From the NCBI RefSeq assembly GCF_936981045.1, contig NZ_OW441264.1, positions 180,001-212,000 of the forward strand: a stretch of DNA of 32,000 bases, in the 5' to 3' direction. Positions 18,976 through 27,135 of this stretch are shown piece by piece (position 1 is the first letter of the stretch; each line of letters begins with the position of its first letter). This DNA is from Candidatus Saccharimonadota bacterium. Its GTDB lineage: Bacteria; Bacteroidota; Bacteroidia; Cytophagales; Amoebophilaceae. The notes beneath the pieces were generated by a model. The model searched no databases. It was given only the letters and a program-made list of their open reading frames with translations, and was not told the origin of the DNA. The position numbers and the translations under genes are program-made.

Positions 18976-19659
18976 CTATTTGGCTATTAGCACAAAGGTA
19001 ACCTTACCTGTAGAGATACCAGATGGTGTCCCAGCTGTTTTGCTAAAGGTAAGCGCACGCAGTGCATCTGCATAGATCTTTTCTACCATAGGGGTAACTG
19101 TTTTCTCAATAGTTTGAATAGAAATAATTTCACCATCTTGATCTACTTTAATTTCAAAAACTATTTTACCGCATTCTTCTGTAGTATCATTTGGATTGGG
19201 CACTGCATCCCATTCCCAACCCTTTAATTCAAGGATAGCGCCTGTTTGTTTGACACAGTTTTTTCCTCTGTTGTATAACCCTCTTTCATCTATTTTAGGC
19301 GTTTTAAGAGGTTTTTTATGAGGTTGTGCAAGTTTTTGTGTTCCCTTTCCATCTAGTTGCTTTCGGTGCTGCTGTTGCGCACGCAAGTACGTATTCTTTT
19401 TCTTAGATGACGGATTGGTTTGGGCGACTACTGGACGAGCGGTTTGTTTTTGTGCTTGAGGGTTATGGTTAGACGGATGATCTTTTGTTATAGTATAAAT
19501 GGTAGCCGGTTGTAAAGCAATTCTATAAGCTTGCCCGCTAGAAGCGCCTGCCGTTGGGATGCGTTGCATATAATAGGCTAATCCTAAAACAAATAGATGT
19601 AAACCGATCGATATGGCGATGCCTTTTCCATTTGGGGAAAATAACCCGCTACTTTTCAT
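18976..19659 (-). CDS. tonB: TonB-family energy transducer
   Basis: 227 aa. N-terminal TM IAISIGLHLFVLGL, a Q/K/P-rich linker, and a TonB_C-like end GKIVFEIKVDQDGEIISIQ...GKVTFVL. Its ATG overlaps the exbD stop (ATGA). Confidence 0.6.
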   Translation of the reverse strand: MKSSGLFSPNGKGIAISIGLHLFVLGLAYYMQRIPTAGASSGQAYRIALQPATIYTITKDHPSNHNPQAQKQTARPVVAQTNPSSKKKNTYLRAQQQHRKQLDGKGTQKLAQPHKKPLKTPKIDERGLYNRGKNCVKQTGAILELKGWEWDAVPNPNDTTEECGKIVFEIKVDQDGEIISIQTIEKTVTPMVEKIYADALRALTFSKTAGTPSGISTGKVTFVLIAK

Positions 19660-20054
19660 CGTTTCTTTCCAAATTCGGTGGCTATGGAAACAGCAGCTCC
19701 TAGTTGATTAGCTATATCCGCTACTTTAACCATATGGGCTATAGAAAGCCCTTTATCCATATGTAATAAAACAACTTTACTGGATGTTTTGGCTAATACA
19801 TCCTCTAATACGTTTTGTAGTTGGTTAAAGGCAACCCGCTTCCCTTCCACATAATAGGCTGGCTGAGCGGTAACAGTGACATTGACTTGTACAGGCTCGG
19901 TTCTTTCATGTGTACTTAATGGCAAGTCAATAGGAAGCGTCTTGGGGCTATAACTGGTTGTAATAAGTAAAAAAAGCAATAGTAAAAATATAATATCAGT
20001 CATAGAAGCCATGCTAAAAGAAGCATCTATTGTATTTTTTGTGCTGATTTTCAA
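19656..20054 (-). CDS. exbD: Biopolymer transport protein ExbD/TolR
   Basis: 132 aa. The N-terminal TM SMTDIIFLLLLFLLIT and the size and position after exbB fit ExbD. Confidence 0.78.
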   Translation of the reverse strand: MKISTKNTIDASFSMASMTDIIFLLLLFLLITTSYSPKTLPIDLPLSTHERTEPVQVNVTVTAQPAYYVEGKRVAFNQLQNVLEDVLAKTSSKVVLLHMDKGLSIAHMVKVADIANQLGAAVSIATEFGKKR

Positions 20055-20085
20055 ATTCTTACTTGTTTTAGTATGCTGCCAATAC

Positions 20086-20703
20086 CTATTTAACTTTAGC
20101 TAAAAAGAGATTTACTAGATAGCTCAACCTTGCTGTAGCTTTACTGACCTGAGCAATACAGTAATTATAACCCAGGTAAGCTATAATTCCAACTATCAAT
20201 CCTGCTACAGTTGTAACCATTGCCTCATAAATGCCACTTGAAAAAAGCTGAGAAGAGATGTGATGCTTTTCTTCGGAAATGGCTATAAATGTTTGAATCA
20301 TACCGGTTACAGTACCCAAAAAGCCAATCATAGGTCCTGCTCCAGAGATCGTCGCTAGGCAAGAAAGCTTTTCTTCTAAAAAGGCTATCATCCTATTAGA
20401 TTCACTTTCTAAAATCAATGCAAGATTGGAAGCTTGCTGTTGCTCGATCCCTTTGCTGATTACTTTTTCTATGATGTTATCCTGTTCACCACAGATGTGT
20501 TGTATTTTAGACACATCTCCATTGTTTAATACTTCTTCTATCGCCTCTAAAAAACTGCTAGAACAGCTCAAGTACTTTCGATAAGTCAATAGACGCTCTG
20601 CTATTATGTAGAGGCTTATTAACGATAACAATACAAGCGGCAACATGAGCCAACCACCTTTTAACAGCAGGCCTAATAGTGTTCGTGAGGTATATATATT
20701 CAT
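20086..20703 (-). CDS. exbB: MotA/TolQ/ExbB proton-channel protein
   Basis: 205 aa, three TM segments. The conserved GAGPMIGFLGTVTGMIQTF motif is present. Confidence 0.82.
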   Translation of the reverse strand: MNIYTSRTLLGLLLKGGWLMLPLVLLSLISLYIIAERLLTYRKYLSCSSSFLEAIEEVLNNGDVSKIQHICGEQDNIIEKVISKGIEQQQASNLALILESESNRMIAFLEEKLSCLATISGAGPMIGFLGTVTGMIQTFIAISEEKHHISSQLFSSGIYEAMVTTVAGLIVGIIAYLGYNYCIAQVSKATARLSYLVNLFLAKVK

Positions 20704-20750
20704 AGTTATTAACTAGTATAGGGTGGCTAAGGTTAGCCTAAATATAGGGA

Positions 20751-21422
20751 TTAATATTTCAAAATAAAGATATTGTTGTACATTCGTTTGAATTGTGCAA
20801 GCTTTGCATCTGCTTCATATCGGGTTTTACTATGCCCTATAGTAACACGATAGTACTTTTCCCTCTTGTCGATTCTAGGTAAGATAAGGCAGACACCCAA
20901 GTTGTTTTTCATTAGCTGCTGCACCACTTTCATTGCAGACCATTTGTCTAAATGGTTGACCACCACTAGATGGTATATGCCCTGTGGTTCCTTTACTTCT
21001 TGATAGGTACCTGGTTTGACCAGTGACTTACTTTGTTTGGCTGCCAGCTGCTTTTGAGTCGCACTAATGCTTTTTTTTATTTTGTTGTTTTGTTTATGTT
21101 CAAACGTATTGGCCTCACAAACGGATGGATGGATTGTTGTATGAGCATTTGCACCCACTTCTGTTGAAGGCCTTATTTCGGAAGGCGATGGTTTACTTGT
21201 ATCTGTGGTTTGGTCGGTAGTGGGCTTGTTATTGGCTGCTTGAGCACAAGATGTAGGGTTTTTTACTTCCTTAAAAAAGAAATTATAACTCACTTTGGCT
21301 GCGACAAGCAGGACGATTATACCTACAATAACCAGCAGGCGCCATGTAACTTTTTTTTTAGGCAGTGCTTGAAAGTCTGGTTTGGGCAACCCAAATTTAT
21401 GATCCGTAAAGTTGGTAGACAT
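20751..21422 (-). CDS. SPOR-domain membrane protein
   Basis: 223 aa. One TM (WRLLVIVGIIVLLVAA), a low-complexity linker, and a SPOR-like C-terminus (YHLVVVNHLDKWSAMKVVQQL...KYYRVTIGHSKTRYEADAKLAQFK). Confidence 0.55.
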   Translation of the reverse strand: MSTNFTDHKFGLPKPDFQALPKKKVTWRLLVIVGIIVLLVAAKVSYNFFFKEVKNPTSCAQAANNKPTTDQTTDTSKPSPSEIRPSTEVGANAHTTIHPSVCEANTFEHKQNNKIKKSISATQKQLAAKQSKSLVKPGTYQEVKEPQGIYHLVVVNHLDKWSAMKVVQQLMKNNLGVCLILPRIDKREKYYRVTIGHSKTRYEADAKLAQFKRMYNNIFILKY

Positions 21423-21516
21423 ACTAAAAAAATTTTGAATACAACTGAATGAAGCAAATTGCAGAATAGGTTGTGGCTGTATCCGCTAAAGCAATTATAA
21501 TAAATTTCTAGAAAAA

Positions 21517-21710
21517 GTAGTGGATATGCTATTTTTTCTCCATAAAAAAGTAGCTAAAAAATCAGGCCCTCATGCAAAAAGTAGGGCCAACCCTAAAGAT
21601 AGAAAGAAAATCAGTTTGGTTGGGTCCCGCAGAGCGGCTGCTGATTTTCTATCTTTAAGGGGTGGCCTTTCTAATCGCAACTTTTTACAAAAGGCGCTTT
21701 TTTGTTCGGC
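21517..21710 (+). repeat. Family R hairpin-forming intergenic repeat, copy d
   Basis: It aligns with 5321-5511 throughout. Internal stems are CCCTAAAGATAGAAAGAAAATCAG ... CTGATTTTCTATCTTTAAGGGG. The right arm is CGCAACTTTTTACAAAAGGCGCTTTTTTG. Confidence 0.72.
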
Positions 21711-21764
21711 TAATAAAAAGTATTATATTTAACCATACTTATATGAATTAAGCTAAAACAGATT

Positions 21765-22207
21765 GGGGTTGACTGGAATTGACGGGAAGGTTAAATCCAA
21801 TGTAAGCATGCGAGGTGTTGTAAGTATTACCTCTTAAATATAAAACTTACACAGTGCATAAACGGCAACTTAGCTGTTATCAATCCTCGCCGTTGCAAAT
21901 TTGTTGCGCTTCGACGAGAAGAAGATGAAGATGAAGGAGAAGGCGGCGAATTGCTTCTGGCTGCTTAATCGATAGATTAAGGGGGATTTGTCCCGCTGGT
22001 TTTTGTTCTATGGGATCAGCATAGGGGCATCGATGCATAGGACTAGTGTTGCTAGGTGCGTGATGGCGACATAAGCAATAACTGCGCATAAGCGTAACAT
22101 CAGGTGTGTGGCTGACCTTGGTTGCGCCGACAATAAACAGTGACTAAGCATGTAGAAAGCGTTGCGATTGTCTTGTTCGGACGAGGGTTCGATTCCCTCC
22201 AGCTCCA
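21765..22207 (+). ncRNA. ssrA: tmRNA (SsrA)
   Basis: The 5' end GGGGTTGACTGGAATTGACGGGA pairs with the 3' end CAGCTCC, giving an acceptor stem with a G3-U pair. The T-arm is GAGGGTTCGATTCCCTC, followed by a discriminator A; CCA is not encoded. An internal tag frame ends ...GAA TTG CTT CTG GCT GCT TAA (ELLLAA*). The stop lies in the hairpin CTTAATC-GATA-GATTAAG. Confidence 0.92.
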
Positions 22208-22211
22208 CATT

Positions 22212-22470
22212 ACGAACAAAATGCCTCCTTGTACAAAAGGTTACGTATGGGAAGTGTTCCCCTGAATAGTCTCAACTTAAGGCAAGTATGTTTTATTGCA
22301 TCTGTGTGTATAGACCGCTTGTGTGGCGCTTTGCTGATCGTTGATGCTGATTTTCCAAATTTAAGGTAGCCTTGTAGCCATTTTTTTATCAGCGCTTGAT
22401 TCTTTATCCACTTTTTGATCAAGCAAAAAGTGAGATAAAAATTCTTTTATCAAGCAAAAAGCAGCAGACC
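22212..22470 (-). repeat. Family R repeat, copy e (inverted relative to copy d), plus an extra terminal module
   Basis: 22330-22444 (CTGATTTTCCAAATTTAAGG...GCGCTTGATTCTTTATCCACTTTTTGATCAAGCAAAAAGTGAGATAAAAATTC) aligns with the reverse complement of 5321-5430. A second TTTTATCAAGCAAAAAG unit follows. Confidence 0.65.
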
Positions 22471-22479
22471 AGTTCCTTT

Positions 22480-23037
22480 ATGGCCTTGTATCCTATAGAA
22501 CTTTTTTACGAATCCATTCAAAATGAGCAATATTTCCAAATTGGTGCATTTAAAAAGCCCATTGGAATGGAAGGGGGCCTAGTGGCTTCATTTTTATATC
22601 CGTTAGATCATGCTGAGCTATTAAAATTACCCGCTCTATTTGTAGAAATAGATCATGCAAAAGTACCTTATTGCATTAAGCATATTATAGCTAGGGAGGC
22701 TAAAACGATTATACAATTAGATCTTATCCAGTCTAAAACAGAGGCTTATGCGCTCTGCAATCTACCCCTATTTCTGCCAGTAGCCCTTAAACCGGAATGG
22801 ATAAAAACTACGCTGCCGTATAGTTTAGTAGATGGTTTAGTAGAGGAGGTTGTATTGGGTCAGCTTGGCAGTATACAAGCTATATATTGTGTACGAGACC
22901 AGTATATGATGGCTATTGACCATCATGAAAAAGAGTTATTGATTCCCTATTCTAAGCCATTTCTGGTAAACGTTAATGAAGCACAAAAAAAGGTTACCGT
23001 ACAACTTCCAGAAGGTTACTTAGAGGCTATGTTATAA
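22480..23037 (+). CDS. rimM: 16S rRNA processing protein RimM
   Basis: RimM pattern: FQIGAFKKPIGMEGGL, EAYALCNLPLFLP, and the PRC-barrel end LGQLGSIQAIY...KELLIPYSKPFLVNVNEAQKKVTVQLPEGYLE. The start was set at ATG 22480, because upstream codons of ORF 22396- lie in repeat sequence. Confidence 0.8.
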   Translation: MALYPIELFYESIQNEQYFQIGAFKKPIGMEGGLVASFLYPLDHAELLKLPALFVEIDHAKVPYCIKHIIAREAKTIIQLDLIQSKTEAYALCNLPLFLPVALKPEWIKTTLPYSLVDGLVEEVVLGQLGSIQAIYCVRDQYMMAIDHHEKELLIPYSKPFLVNVNEAQKKVTVQLPEGYLEAML

Positions 23038-23276
23038 CGTAAGTTCGGGATTTATTTGACTGATTTACAACAATTTAATATCAATTATTTAGTTAATATT
23101 TGCACCTATTTAACAAGTTTTTATATCTAATTTTATAAATATAATATATATAATAAACTGATTATCAGAATTATTTGTTATTAAACTACCTATTTAACTG
23201 TCTATAAAACAAATTTTATAAATTTTCATTGATATTGATTATCAAATGAAAAAATAATCTAATCCCGAACTCAGGT
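23037..23276 (-). mobile_element. MITE copy 4 (240 bp, inverted) with a perfect 5-bp target duplication
   Basis: Termini are ACGTAAGTTCGGGATT ... AATCCCGAACTCAGGT. TTATA occurs at 23032-23036 and 23277-23281. The first MITE base completes the rimM stop codon TAA. Confidence 0.88.
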
Positions 23277-23340
23277 TTATAGTTTTTGCTCCTATCGATT
23301 CAACATGGTATCTGTTCAAAAAACGCAGCCATTTAGCCTT

Positions 23341-23484
23341 CTGGCAACATAAAAGAAGAAAAAACGTCCCTTGTAAAAAGTTTCGATAAGCTTTTTGCAC
23401 AAGGCTTGATTTTTCGCTACTGCTTTATCAAGAAAAAATAGGGTGCAAATTCCTTTGATCAAGCAAAACGTAGCATGCAAATTC
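23341..23484 (-). repeat. Family R repeat, copy f (short form, centre deleted) with a tandem terminal module
   Basis: The hairpin is CCCTTGTAAAAAG-TTTCGATAA-GCTTTTTGCACAAGG. Two tandem units follow: CTTTATCAAGAAAAAATAGGGTGCAAATTC (23423-23452) and CTTTGATCAAGCAAAACGTAGCATGCAAATTC (23453-23484). These are the reverse complement of the GGAATTTGTATGCTAATTTTTGCTTGATCAA module. Confidence 0.65.
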
Positions 23485-23741
23485 ATTTTCCCGAAGGGAT
23501 AGATAGAATAATTTGGATTCTACTGTAGATTTACATACCTTCCCAAAGCAAGCCTTGGCGCATTGTATCGTATTGGAATGCGAGAGCATATGAGTATAGA
23601 TTAGTCCCCAACTGGTAAATTGAGCGGGGTTGCGTTGCTATTTATAAGCCAACAAATTTTCAATGCTGGTCCGTTTATAACAGTAAAGAAATAATAAAAA
23701 TAAAGGTTTTGTTTGCCTAAATCTAAGATTATTAATGCACT

Positions 23742-23900
23742 ATGAAAAGAACATTTCAACCATCACTTAGAAAAAGAAGCAATAAGCATGGTTTTAGGGA
23801 GCGTATGTCAACTGCTAATGGCCGTTCCGTATTGGCTAGAAGACGCGCCAAAGGAAGAGTCAAATTAACTGTTTCTGATGAACCTAGGCACAAACGTTAA
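23742..23900 (+). CDS. rpmH: 50S ribosomal protein L34
   Basis: A 52-aa ORF absent from the track (too short): [52 protein letters not shown]. This is the canonical L34 sequence, directly upstream of rnpA. Confidence 0.93.
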   Translation: MKRTFQPSLRKRSNKHGFRERMSTANGRSVLARRRAKGRVKLTVSDEPRHKR

Positions 23901-23921
23901 TATTGCCTTCCGCTACTGGTT

Positions 23922-24326
23922 ATGCGACAAAACAGCCTGCCTAAGTGCAATAAGCTAGTCAACCGAAAGCATATAAAAATGCTTTTTCAGGAGGGGAGCG
24001 TTTTTAAGCTACCTGCCTGCAGTATCTTTTACCTAGAAAAAAGGAAGGAGCTATTGGTATGCAGTCAAGTTCTTTTTACTGCTTCTAAACGGCACCTTCG
24101 TGCTGCTGTGCAACGTAATAAAGTGAAGCGCTTGCTTAGAGAAGCCTATCGAACCAATAAATATATATTGGAAGATGCTTTGTTTACTACCCGTTCTAAA
24201 TTTTTCTTTTTAATAGGATATGTGTATACTGGGAAAGAGCAAGAGATCCAATATCCTATTTTAAATAGGGCTGTTCTTAGATCGTTGCAACATTTTAGCA
24301 CTTTGCTGGATCAAGAACTATCTTAA
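23922..24326 (+). CDS. rnpA: Ribonuclease P protein component
   Basis: 134 aa. The RNR-type motif is AAVQRNKVKRLLREAYR. Conserved rpmH-rnpA pairing. Confidence 0.85.
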   Translation: MRQNSLPKCNKLVNRKHIKMLFQEGSVFKLPACSIFYLEKRKELLVCSQVLFTASKRHLRAAVQRNKVKRLLREAYRTNKYILEDALFTTRSKFFFLIGYVYTGKEQEIQYPILNRAVLRSLQHFSTLLDQELS

Positions 24327-24470
24327 GAGTTTTTCAATAGCACCTATTGCTGTTTCGTATGGTTTTAATAATTGATGGATGGGTCCTTCTGTTGCTTATA
24401 TGGAAAATTTAACAGGTGACTGTGGGGTAGATCTTTATACAGACACATTTTTGTAGTAATAATTACAGAG

Positions 24471-26621
24471 TTGACAATGCATTTAGACAGTCTTATTTTT
24501 GTCCCTTTTTTATTGATCAATCTATTGGTTAGCATCTGTGCGATTAAGTATGCTGGTATCCAAGCTACTCGCTTTACTACAGCCCATATTATAGCGGCTA
24601 TTCTAGTCATAACCTATGGAGGGGAGGTGTTGTGTCATTCACTCCATATAGATAGCTTACTAAGCTTGACAGGTAGCGCGATGAGCTATTTTATAATAGG
24701 CATCTTGCTGGTATATCGTTTACATCTTTTTTTAAACAATTGCTCAGTAGCAGAAATAATGGGGCGACTCTATGGCAACTCTATTCGAAAAATTGTGGCC
24801 ATATGTGGTATACTACATAGCGTTTCGGTAGTTGCCATGCAATTCAAACTACTTGCAATCGCTATGTGCTCGTGCTTTACTATTCAAGCACACTATAGTC
24901 TGCTTATAGCAGCGCTCCTTATAATGAGTAGTATGGGATCCAATAACCTACAATTACTGCCACTAATACGTGTAATACGTTGTACAATCTTTGGCATATT
25001 GCTCTCCATCATTGCTTGGATTTTATGGAAATGCATGGTAAACCAATATAATGCTGATCAGGCTAGCCTTGCTTTAGCCATGAAACGCTCTTGGAGTAGC
25101 TTGATGCATACTCATGCTGCTCCACTGGACTATATGGTTTATTTGACTGCTTTTGCGATACCCGCTTTTTACCCTGCTCAGGTAGCCTCTATTTTAATGG
25201 CTAAAAATGCCACCCAAATAAAGTGCTCTTTTAATGGTGCCGGTTTCTTTTCATTAAGCATAAACTTGCTTTTGCTATGGATTGCGCTGTTGACACAAAA
25301 AAATTCTAGTAGGTTGATGCTATCGGCTATTCCCTTAAGCACTTTTGATGCCTATCTAGGCTTAAAAGGGTTATTTATGATAGGCTTTGCTGCTTTAATC
25401 AGCTCTACAGCAGGTGCAAACTTGCATGCAGCTACTGGTTTAATGACTAACGACCTTCCCGATCTGTTTAAATGGATTAAAAAACCTATTATCTATCGGT
25501 TTATGGTAGGGGTGATGGCAACGCTGCTTGAACTATATCCTAAAGACCAAATGCTATGGATGACCATTATTTTATTTAAAACGTTTGTAAGCCTACCATT
25601 ACTACTTTCTTTAATCGGCATTTCACTGCATCCATACACCGTTTTAATAGGTATGCTAACGGGTGGGATAACTACTATGGCGTGGTGCTGTTTTGTACCT
25701 AATGTAGGTATGAATGGGTTACTCCCAGCCATTGTGATGAATCTACTCAGTATGATGGTTGTCCAATTTTTCAAGGGTAAACAGAGTGCAGATCAACCTT
25801 ACTTAACCAATAGCTTGGCCCAAGCACCAGTACCTAAACGGCTATCATTATGGAAACGGTTGGCTCAACATGTCTGGATTAAGAAATTTAATCTTTGGGA
25901 TTATCTTCAAAAACAATTGCCTAAGGATAACCTACCGTATATACTTTTTAGTTTTTATATTCTCTTGACAGGTTATGGTTCTTTTTATACCTTCTCCAGT
26001 AATCCCATATGGTATGCTAGATTAGAAGCGTTTATCCTTTTGCCAAGCCTCTTTGTTGCCACATTTTTTTTAGTGTATGTCTTCATTGCACCCCAACCAT
26101 ATGTCCGTAAAATTGTGTCCGTAATATGGCCATTAAGCTATGTCTATTTTCTTTTCTTAGTAGGTACTGGCATCGCTATGCTTAGTAAGTTCGCGCATTT
26201 ACATGACATCATTTTGATACTTAACCTCTGCTTATCTATCTTTCTTACTCCATTGATTGTGCTATTGTTTGAATGTATAATGAGTGGTATAGTGGTGTGG
26301 ATAGTGCTCCACTATATAGATGGTAATAGCATATTGATAGATTGCTTCTTAGACCTGAATCTAAATATTGTCTATGCAATATTTATGCTATTCGTTTTAG
26401 TGGGTGGCTTTTTGTACCATAACAAGGGCTTGAATAAACGCTCATCCATGATACAAGCATTAACTAGTGAACAAAAGGAGCAAAATGCAAAGCAATTTTT
26501 TAATAAACAGCAAGTAGAAGCACTTGCTTATGAAAGCAGCTATATCATATCCCAATTGAATAATCAACTGATTCGTCGCTTAGAGCCATCAGAGGTTGGA
26601 TTAGCATTGATCAACTATTAG
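24471..26621 (+). CDS. Polytopic membrane protein, sodium:solute-symporter-like; probably the sensor part of a decayed histidine kinase
   Basis: 716 aa with many TM segments. An SSS-like stretch is SVAEIMGRLYGNSIRKIVAICGILHSVSVVAMQFKLLA. The soluble tail has only a degenerate HisKA-like segment. The ATG at 24477 is the more likely start. Confidence 0.45.
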   Translation: MTMHLDSLIFVPFLLINLLVSICAIKYAGIQATRFTTAHIIAAILVITYGGEVLCHSLHIDSLLSLTGSAMSYFIIGILLVYRLHLFLNNCSVAEIMGRLYGNSIRKIVAICGILHSVSVVAMQFKLLAIAMCSCFTIQAHYSLLIAALLIMSSMGSNNLQLLPLIRVIRCTIFGILLSIIAWILWKCMVNQYNADQASLALAMKRSWSSLMHTHAAPLDYMVYLTAFAIPAFYPAQVASILMAKNATQIKCSFNGAGFFSLSINLLLLWIALLTQKNSSRLMLSAIPLSTFDAYLGLKGLFMIGFAALISSTAGANLHAATGLMTNDLPDLFKWIKKPIIYRFMVGVMATLLELYPKDQMLWMTIILFKTFVSLPLLLSLIGISLHPYTVLIGMLTGGITTMAWCCFVPNVGMNGLLPAIVMNLLSMMVVQFFKGKQSADQPYLTNSLAQAPVPKRLSLWKRLAQHVWIKKFNLWDYLQKQLPKDNLPYILFSFYILLTGYGSFYTFSSNPIWYARLEAFILLPSLFVATFFLVYVFIAPQPYVRKIVSVIWPLSYVYFLFLVGTGIAMLSKFAHLHDIILILNLCLSIFLTPLIVLLFECIMSGIVVWIVLHYIDGNSILIDCFLDLNLNIVYAIFMLFVLVGGFLYHNKGLNKRSSMIQALTSEQKEQNAKQFFNKQQVEALAYESSYIISQLNNQLIRRLEPSEVGLALINY

Positions 26622-27075
26622 CCGAATGTTTTGATGCTATAGAAATTAGAAATATATATGATGCGCCATATGTAATAATGCATACAAAGCACCTCTACAT
26701 ACAGTGTGCTATAGAAAGTATAAAAAATTAATTATCAGTAGTTTATACTCCTGTAACGCACATGAATCGTTACATAAAGCTCAAAGAAAAGATATCTCTC
26801 TATATATAGATGATACACAGTTGGGTTATTGACTAACCCTTTTACAGGGTAAACTACAAAAAATAAATGCAATCAGTTTTGTCATCACAACTGCAGCACG
26901 GTTGCCTACCATACGCTCCATCTATAAGGTGGCAGAAATGGCAGACATTCAGATCTTAAATGAAAATGAAGAAAGAATAGATTTGGAAAATCAACATATT
27001 GTGCATGCACATTACGGTTACTATGAGCGGTTCTGTTCCGAATCAGAAATCACCCATTTATACGTGATACCTGTA
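26582..27075 (+). pseudogene. Remnant of a histidine-kinase ATP-binding (HATPase_c) domain, spread over several frames
   Basis: In correct order and spacing: an N-box-like HTKHLYIQCAIESIKN* (frame 2, 26681-26731), a G1-like ISLYIDDTQLGY*, a G2-like LPTIRSIYKVAEMADIQILNENE, and the terminal THLYVIPV. Stops and frameshifts lie between the pieces. Confidence 0.4.
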
Positions 27076-27135
27076 AATGTAAAAGAAATTACTAACGCAT
27101 TTGCTACACTTTCGCCTGTCGTCTATACACAAAGG

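Noticed and set aside
21880-22208. ORFs 21880-22089 and 22008-22208 on the minus strand.
   Set aside because: They lie entirely within, and antisense to, the tmRNA gene.
22208-23484. Genomic island or prophage integrated at the 3' end of ssrA.
   Set aside because: There is no integrase gene and no duplicated copy of the ssrA 3' end downstream. The next gene is housekeeping rimM. Only short repeats occupy the flank.
24365-24610. 81-aa minus-strand ORF between rnpA and the symporter-like gene.
   Set aside because: It overlaps the start of the 716-aa membrane protein on the opposite strand and has no recognisable features, so it is likely spurious.
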